This document shows, one piece after another, positions 59,036 to 64,000 of a DNA stretch of 64,000 bases; position 1 is the stretch's first letter, and each line of letters starts with the position of its first letter. Both the position numbers and the translations under genes were made by a program. Below the pieces are notes generated by a model. It was given only the letters and a program-made list of their open reading frames with translations, was not told the DNA's origin and searched no databases. Source of the DNA: Burkholderiales bacterium (GTDB taxonomy: Bacteria; Pseudomonadota; Gammaproteobacteria; Burkholderiales; Usitatibacteraceae); NCBI GenBank assembly GCA_038227085.1, contig JBBRQA010000001.1:1090-65089 (forward strand), read 5' to 3'.

Positions 59036-59881
59036 ATGACAGTGATCGCGATGACACAGGAGATGGCGAGCCTGGGCAAGGACGTGGCCCTCGGCGTAGC
59101 CGAGTCCCTCGGCCTGCAGCTGGTGCGCCATGAGGTCGGCGACATGGTCGCCGGGCGCATGCAGGTGAAGAAGAGCCTGATCCGCCGCATCCGCGAAGGC
59201 AAGGCGGGCAAGATCGAGAAGTGGGGCGCCGACGAGAAGACCATCTCGATCTTCACCGCGCAGGAGGTGTTCGACCTCGCGGTGAAGGGCAACGTCCTCA
59301 TCCGCGGATGGGGTGCCACGCTGCTGCTTCGCTCCGTGCCGCACATCGCGTGCGTGCGCGTGTGCGCGCCCACGGAGTTGCGCTTGAAGCGCCTCATGGA
59401 GCGCCTCGAGACCGACGACGAGTCCCTCGCGCGCCGCGAGATCGAGGTGGACGACGCGGCGCGCTCGCAGCGAATGGGCGAGCACTTCAACGTGACCTGG
59501 GGCGACGCGACGCTCTACGACCTCACGCTCAATACCGAGCGCATCTCGATCCCATCGTGCGTCGACCAGGTGGTCGCGCTCACGCGCCGCGCGGAATTCC
59601 GGGAGACGCCGCAGTCGCACCAGCTGCTCTCCGATCTCGCGCTGCAGGCGCGCGCCCTCGGCGCCCTCAGGGCCGACACCCGCACTTCGGCCATCGACAT
59701 CGCGATCGAGGCGAGCAACGCGCGCCTGCGCATGCGCGGCATCGTGGTGGACGACAACGAGAAGTCGCTGGTGAAGGAGGTGGTCTCCCGCATCGCCGGC
59801 GTGATCGGCGTGGAAGACGAGCTGCGCACGATGGCCGGCGGCCTCTACCGCTTTCCGTCGCAGGTGAAGGACAAGGGCTGA
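59036..59881 (+). CDS. cytidylate-kinase-like (AAA_33/CMPK-like) domain + C-terminal BON domain protein
   Basis: N-terminal IAMTQEMASLGKDVA... resembles the cytidylate kinase-like family. The C-terminal IVVDDNEKSLVKEVVSRIAGVIGVEDEL is BON-like. Starts 4 nt after tctA. Confidence 0.6.
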   Translation: MTVIAMTQEMASLGKDVALGVAESLGLQLVRHEVGDMVAGRMQVKKSLIRRIREGKAGKIEKWGADEKTISIFTAQEVFDLAVKGNVLIRGWGATLLLRSVPHIACVRVCAPTELRLKRLMERLETDDESLARREIEVDDAARSQRMGEHFNVTWGDATLYDLTLNTERISIPSCVDQVVALTRRAEFRETPQSHQLLSDLALQARALGALRADTRTSAIDIAIEASNARLRMRGIVVDDNEKSLVKEVVSRIAGVIGVEDELRTMAGGLYRFPSQVKDKG

Positions 59882-60561
59882 GCCGTCGTCGGCCTCTGGG
59901 CTTCCTGATCGATGCCGTCGGCCAGGCGCGCGTTGGTGCGGCGCAGCCGCTCGTTGGAGCGTGCTAGCTCCATGGCGTTGTCGACCGCGGCCTTCTGCGA
60001 TTCCAGCAGGCAGTACGCGGCAGACGCGAAGTTGGCGACCTGCCCCATGATCCTCAGGTCCTCGCCGTCGAAGTGCTTGGACTCGTCGTGCGACAGGAGC
60101 CACACGGTACCGACCGCCTCGCCCAGCAGGTAGAAGGGGATCAGCAGGACTTCGTGGATGCGGGGCTCGGCGCCGGCGATGTTGGTGAAATACCGCTCCG
60201 GGTTAGCCATGAGCTGCGCCGCGTTCGAGTCGAGCACGATGCCGCAGGGACTCTGGCTGCGCGGGAGGCACCCGCCCTCGTATCCCGCCCACGCTCCCGA
60301 GATCGCATGCCAGCGGAACACGGGCTGGCCGGCGTCCGTCTCGAGGATGCTGATTCCGGCCGAGTGCGCGGAGCAAGCTTCGAGTGCCGCGTCGGTGAGC
60401 ACCTTGAGGACGTTGCCGCCCGGGCGCGCCATCTCCGCGGCGATGGCCGTCATTGCGGCGTTGGCCGCGGCATGGTCGGAGGGGCGCGATGGGCGGCGCT
60501 CCAGCTCCGGGTTGAGCAGGATGCTTTCGATGGGGAATAGGGCGTCGCTGGCTGCGCTCAT
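59845..60561 (-). CDS. GAF domain protein with a C-terminal coiled-coil tail
   Basis: GAF-like core (…ACSAHSAGISILE…PCGIVLD…LLIPFYLLGEAVGTVWLLSHD…). Its 3' end overlaps the convergent gene by ~37 nt. Confidence 0.7.
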   Translation of the reverse strand: MSAASDALFPIESILLNPELERRPSRPSDHAAANAAMTAIAAEMARPGGNVLKVLTDAALEACSAHSAGISILETDAGQPVFRWHAISGAWAGYEGGCLPRSQSPCGIVLDSNAAQLMANPERYFTNIAGAEPRIHEVLLIPFYLLGEAVGTVWLLSHDESKHFDGEDLRIMGQVANFASAAYCLLESQKAAVDNAMELARSNERLRRTNARLADGIDQEAQRPTTAQPLSFTCDGKR

Positions 60562-60620
60562 CGCGGGCTCCTGATTGCCGTTGCGGCTCAAATTTTAGTA
60601 TACGCCGGGGGAGCGCGCGG

Positions 60621-61229
60621 TCAGATCTTTCCGGCGTGCTTGAGCCGCGAAAGCGTCTCGGCCGAAAGGTTGAGATAGGAGGCGAGCTCCTTCTTTGGCA
60701 CCCGCTCGGCGAGGTCGGCATGCTTGCGCACGAAGCGGTGCACGCGCCCCGGCGCGTCAAGGAGGTGGAGGGTGATGGTGTGCGCCATCACCTCGCTCAT
60801 CAGGAACATGACCTCGTACTCGAAGTCTTCCTTGAGGTCCGGGTGCGAGTCGAGGAACTCTACCCATTGCGGCAGCGCCATCTTGGCCACGCGCGCCTTG
60901 GTGACGCAGCGGATCGAGTACGGCGCGGGCGTGCGCAGCTTCCACGCCGCGTAGCTCGTGTCCATGTCGTCTTCCTTGGCGAAGCGCAGGATCATCTCCT
61001 TGCCTTCGGGGCTCGCGACCACGCGCTTCAGGATGCCGTCGAGGACGAAGTATTGCTCCATGTCGTGCGCCCCCTGCGAGAGGAGCACGTCGCCCTTGCG
61101 GTAGTCCATCACCGCGAGCGCGGTCTCGAGCTCGTCGAAGGCCTTCGCGTTCAGGCGGCGCAGGACGATGTTCTGCTGCAGGCGCTCGCGGATCTCGGAG
61201 CGCTGCGGGTGGTTTGCGAGGAGAGTCAT
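60621..61229 (-). CDS. Crp/Fnr family transcriptional regulator (no Fnr-type N-terminal Cys cluster)
   Basis: cNMP-binding-like barrel (YRKGDVLLSQG...FVLDGILK) and a C-terminal HTH (KKELASYLNLSAETLSRLKH). Confidence 0.85.
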   Translation of the reverse strand: MTLLANHPQRSEIRERLQQNIVLRRLNAKAFDELETALAVMDYRKGDVLLSQGAHDMEQYFVLDGILKRVVASPEGKEMILRFAKEDDMDTSYAAWKLRTPAPYSIRCVTKARVAKMALPQWVEFLDSHPDLKEDFEYEVMFLMSEVMAHTITLHLLDAPGRVHRFVRKHADLAERVPKKELASYLNLSAETLSRLKHAGKI

Positions 61230-61273
61230 CTGGCGCGGCGTGAGGAGCCAAGTTTCGACGGGAATGCCGAAAA

Positions 61274-61287
61274 TTGACCCGTATCAA
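61274..61287. promoter_or_regulatory. Crp/Fnr-type palindrome TTGAC-CCGT-ATCAA in the crp-like/oxc divergent intergenic region
   Basis: Near match to TTGAT-N4-ATCAA. Its centre lies ~33 nt upstream of a TAACAT hexamer (61311-61316), compatible with a class II (-41.5) geometry towards oxc. Confidence 0.5.
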
Positions 61288-61391
61288 GGTGGCCTTGACG
61301 GCCATTTTCTTAACATTGTAACCGATTCGTAAGTCCGATTTCCCCGCGGGCCGCCCTTCGAGGCCTTCGGCTATCCCCTGAGGAGTCCCAC

Positions 61392-63185
61392 ATGGCCACT
61401 GTCACCCCACCCGCTACCGCCCCTGCCTCCGCGCCGGCCGCGCCCCAGGTGAGTCAGGGCGCAGCCAACGCGCAAGCGCAGGAAACGATCGATGGTTTCC
61501 ACCTGCTCATCGAGGCGCTCAAGCTGAACGGCATCGACACGATCTTCGGGCTGCCCGGCATCCCGATCACCGATCTCACCCGGATGCTCCAGGCCGAGGG
61601 GCTGCGCGTGATCTCGTTCCGCCATGAGCAGAACGCCGGCAACGCAGCCGCCATCGCCGGCTTCATGACGCAGAAGCCCGGCATCTGCCTCACGGTGTCC
61701 GCGCCGGGCTTCCTCAACGGCCTGGTGGCGCTCACCAACGCCACCACCAATTGCTTTCCGATGATCCTCATCAGCGGCTCCTCGGAGCGCGAGATCGTGG
61801 ATCTTCAACAGGGCGACTACGAGGAGATGGACCAGCTCGCCATCGCCAAGCCGCTGTGCAAGGCCGCCTTTCGCGTGCTGAACGCCGAGGACATCGGCGT
61901 GGGCATCGCGCGCGCCATTCGCGCCGCGGTCTCCGGGCGCCCGGGCGGCGTCTACCTCGACCTTCCCGCAAAGCTCTTCCCGCAGAGCGTGGACGCGGAA
62001 GCTGGCAGGAAGTCGCTCATCAAGGTGGTCGATCCAGCCCCGCGCCAGATCCCGGGCGACGATGCCGTGCAGCGCGCGCTCGACCTGCTGAAGGGCGCGA
62101 AGAAACCCCTCATCGTCCTCGGCAAGGGAGCGGCCTATGCGCAGGCCGACGCGGAAATTCGCGCGCTGGTGGAGAAGACCGGCATTCCTTACCTGCCGAT
62201 GTCGATGGCCAAGGGACTGCTGCCCGACACGCACGAGCAATCCGCCTCGGCCGCGCGCTCCTACGTGCTGCCCGAAGCCGACGTCGTGATGCTGGTGGGC
62301 GCGCGCCTCAACTGGCTCCTCTCGCACGGCAAGGGCAAGACCTGGGGTGGCAAGGACCACAAGAACTGGGGCGGGCAGAAGTTCATCCAGGTGGACATCT
62401 CCCCACAGGAGGCGGACAGCAACGTGCGCATCGACGCCCCCGTCGTGGGCGACATCGGTTCATGCGTGTCGGCTCTCCTCGCCGGCATGGGCTCCAGCTG
62501 GGCCAAGCCGCCGGCCGAATGGACGGGCGCCGTCGCCGAGCGCAAGAACAAGAACATCGCCAAGATGGCCGAGACGCTCGCCAAGAACCCGTCGCCGATG
62601 AATTTCCACAGCGCGTTGAACGTGGTGCGCGACATCGTCAAGGCCAATCCCGACGCGATCATGGTGAACGAAGGCGCCAACGCGCTCGACTTCACGCGCA
62701 GCATCGTCGACATGTACAAGCCGCGCAAGCGCCTGGACGTGGGCACTTGGGGCGTGATGGGGATCGGCATGGGCTTCGCCGTCGCCGCCGCGGTGGTGAG
62801 CGGCGAGCAGGTGATCGCGATCGAGGGCGACAGCGCCTTCGGCTTCTCCGGCATGGAAGTCGAGACCATCTGCCGCTACAACCTGCCGGTGTGCATCGTC
62901 ATCATGAACAACAACGGTGTCTATCGCGGCAGCGAGACGAACCCGACCGGCGGATCCGATCCCTCGCCGCTGGTGTTCGTGAAGGACGCGCGCTATGAGA
63001 TGCTGATGCAGGCCTTCGGCGGCGTCGGCGTGCATGTGACGACCCCCGCGGAGCTGCGCAAGGCGATGGAAGAAGCGGTGCGCTCGCGCAGGCCCACGCT
63101 CATCAATGCCGTCATCGACGAGAACGCCGGCACCGAAAGCGGCCGCATCACGAGCCTCAATCCGACCGCCTCGAAGAAGAAGTAA
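61392..63185 (+). CDS. oxc: oxalyl-CoA decarboxylase (ThDP-dependent)
   Basis: [20 protein letters not shown]...SFRHEQNAG...[22 protein letters not shown] closely follows Oxc of Oxalobacter. GAGGAG SD upstream. Confidence 0.93.
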   Translation: MATVTPPATAPASAPAAPQVSQGAANAQAQETIDGFHLLIEALKLNGIDTIFGLPGIPITDLTRMLQAEGLRVISFRHEQNAGNAAAIAGFMTQKPGICLTVSAPGFLNGLVALTNATTNCFPMILISGSSEREIVDLQQGDYEEMDQLAIAKPLCKAAFRVLNAEDIGVGIARAIRAAVSGRPGGVYLDLPAKLFPQSVDAEAGRKSLIKVVDPAPRQIPGDDAVQRALDLLKGAKKPLIVLGKGAAYAQADAEIRALVEKTGIPYLPMSMAKGLLPDTHEQSASAARSYVLPEADVVMLVGARLNWLLSHGKGKTWGGKDHKNWGGQKFIQVDISPQEADSNVRIDAPVVGDIGSCVSALLAGMGSSWAKPPAEWTGAVAERKNKNIAKMAETLAKNPSPMNFHSALNVVRDIVKANPDAIMVNEGANALDFTRSIVDMYKPRKRLDVGTWGVMGIGMGFAVAAAVVSGEQVIAIEGDSAFGFSGMEVETICRYNLPVCIVIMNNNGVYRGSETNPTGGSDPSPLVFVKDARYEMLMQAFGGVGVHVTTPAELRKAMEEAVRSRRPTLINAVIDENAGTESGRITSLNPTASKKK

Positions 63186-63197
63186 CAGGAGAAACAC

Positions 63198-64000
63198 ATG
63201 GAAGCACTCAAAGGCGTACGCATCCTCGACATGACCCACGTGCAGGCGGGTCCCACGTGCTCGCAGCTCCTCGCATGGATGGGCGCGGACGTAATCAAGT
63301 TCGAGCCGCCGCAGGGCGACGCCACGCGCGGGCAGCTGCGCGACGTGCCCAATGCCGACTCGCTGTACTTCACCATGCTGAACTGCAACAAGCGCTCGAT
63401 CACCGTCAACATGAAGAGCGCCGAGGGCAAGCAGGTGTTCGTGGACCTGCTGAAGAAGTGCGACATCATGATGGAGAACTTCGGGCCGGGCGTCCTCGAG
63501 CGGCTGGGCTTCACCTGGGAGAAGATCCACGGGATCAACCCGAAGATCGTGGTGGGCTCGATCAAGGGCTTCGGGTCGAGCGGCCCCTACTCGGATTTCA
63601 AGGCCTACGAGAACGTGGCGCAGGCCATGGGCGGCGCGATGAGCACCACGGGCGTCCCCGACGGGCCACCCTTCGTCACCGGCGCGCAGATCGGCGATTC
63701 GGGCACGGGACTGCACCTGGCCATCGGCCTTCTTGCCGCACTGCACCAGGCCAATCGCACCGGCGAGGGCCAGTACGTAGAGGTTGCGATGATGGACGGG
63801 GTGATGAACCTCTGCCGGGTCAAATTCCGCGACCACCAGCGCCTCACGCGCCAGGCGCTCGCCGAATACTCCGTGCCGACCTACCAGAACATGGGCGACG
63901 TGCCGCGCGCGGGCAACGATTCCGGCGGCGGCCAGCTCGGCAACGCCATCCACTGCAAGCCGCACGGCGCGAATGATTGGCTGTACGTCGTCGTGCAGGA
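63198..64000 (+). CDS. frc: formyl-CoA transferase (class III CoA-transferase), 3' end outside window
   Basis: Own translation: [38 protein letters not shown]...[13 protein letters not shown]...[18 protein letters not shown] parallels E. coli and O. formigenes Frc. Not in the ORF track because there is no stop in the window. Confidence 0.93.
   Translation, partial: MEALKGVRILDMTHVQAGPTCSQLLAWMGADVIKFEPPQGDATRGQLRDVPNADSLYFTMLNCNKRSITVNMKSAEGKQVFVDLLKKCDIMMENFGPGVLERLGFTWEKIHGINPKIVVGSIKGFGSSGPYSDFKAYENVAQAMGGAMSTTGVPDGPPFVTGAQIGDSGTGLHLAIGLLAALHQANRTGEGQYVEVAMMDGVMNLCRVKFRDHQRLTRQALAEYSVPTYQNMGDVPRAGNDSGGGQLGNAIHCKPHGANDWLYVVVQ

Noticed and set aside
61449-61451. Alternative GTG start for oxc that would remove the Pro/Ala-rich 19 aa N-terminal extension.
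   Set aside because: The ATG at 61392 has a strong GAGGAG Shine-Dalgarno at proper spacing, whereas the GTG has none. The ATG is kept and the extension is flagged as uncertain.

Overview
GC-rich (high-60s % by eye) chromosomal segment with Betaproteobacteria-like synteny, densely coded on both strands. Most of it is housekeeping: aspS-nudB, argB, hslVU, dapF-DUF484-xerC, two lpxL-type acyltransferases divergent from metK, SAH-riboswitch-ahcY-metF, mgtE, ttcA, pntAB, a phasin, cca, slt, tctCBA and oxc-frc. No tRNA, rRNA, CRISPR array or obvious prophage or transposase genes were seen. Five things stand out. (1) At 6986-10467 an ECF sigma and a minimal zinc-finger anti-sigma precede a bufferin-type RiPP operon (DUF2282 precursor, DUF692/MNIO, DUF2063). 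Its translationally coupled fourth gene is a secreted tandem four-helix-bundle protein rather than the usual DoxX. (2) At 21436-27770 a proteobacterial stressosome module (RsbR-RsbS-RsbT) is followed by an RsbT-like::PP2C fusion and two multi-receiver hybrid histidine kinases, with no recognisable output domain. (3) At 14446-18823 a probable zinc-starvation cluster (two COG0523 GTPases, a MacB/FtsX-type ABC pair, DUF3299) sits directly behind xerC with no intergenic promoter space. (4) Two roughly 0.5 kb composite repeats, built from ~160 bp palindrome-ended MITE-like units, lie in inverted orientation at 38451-38930 and 48172-48706 and bracket a 9.2 kb segment. (5) A visibly lower-GC gene for a secreted Cys-containing protein lies at 43209-44012. 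Many long ORFs in the track are antisense or out-of-frame artefacts of the high GC content and are not reported as genes.
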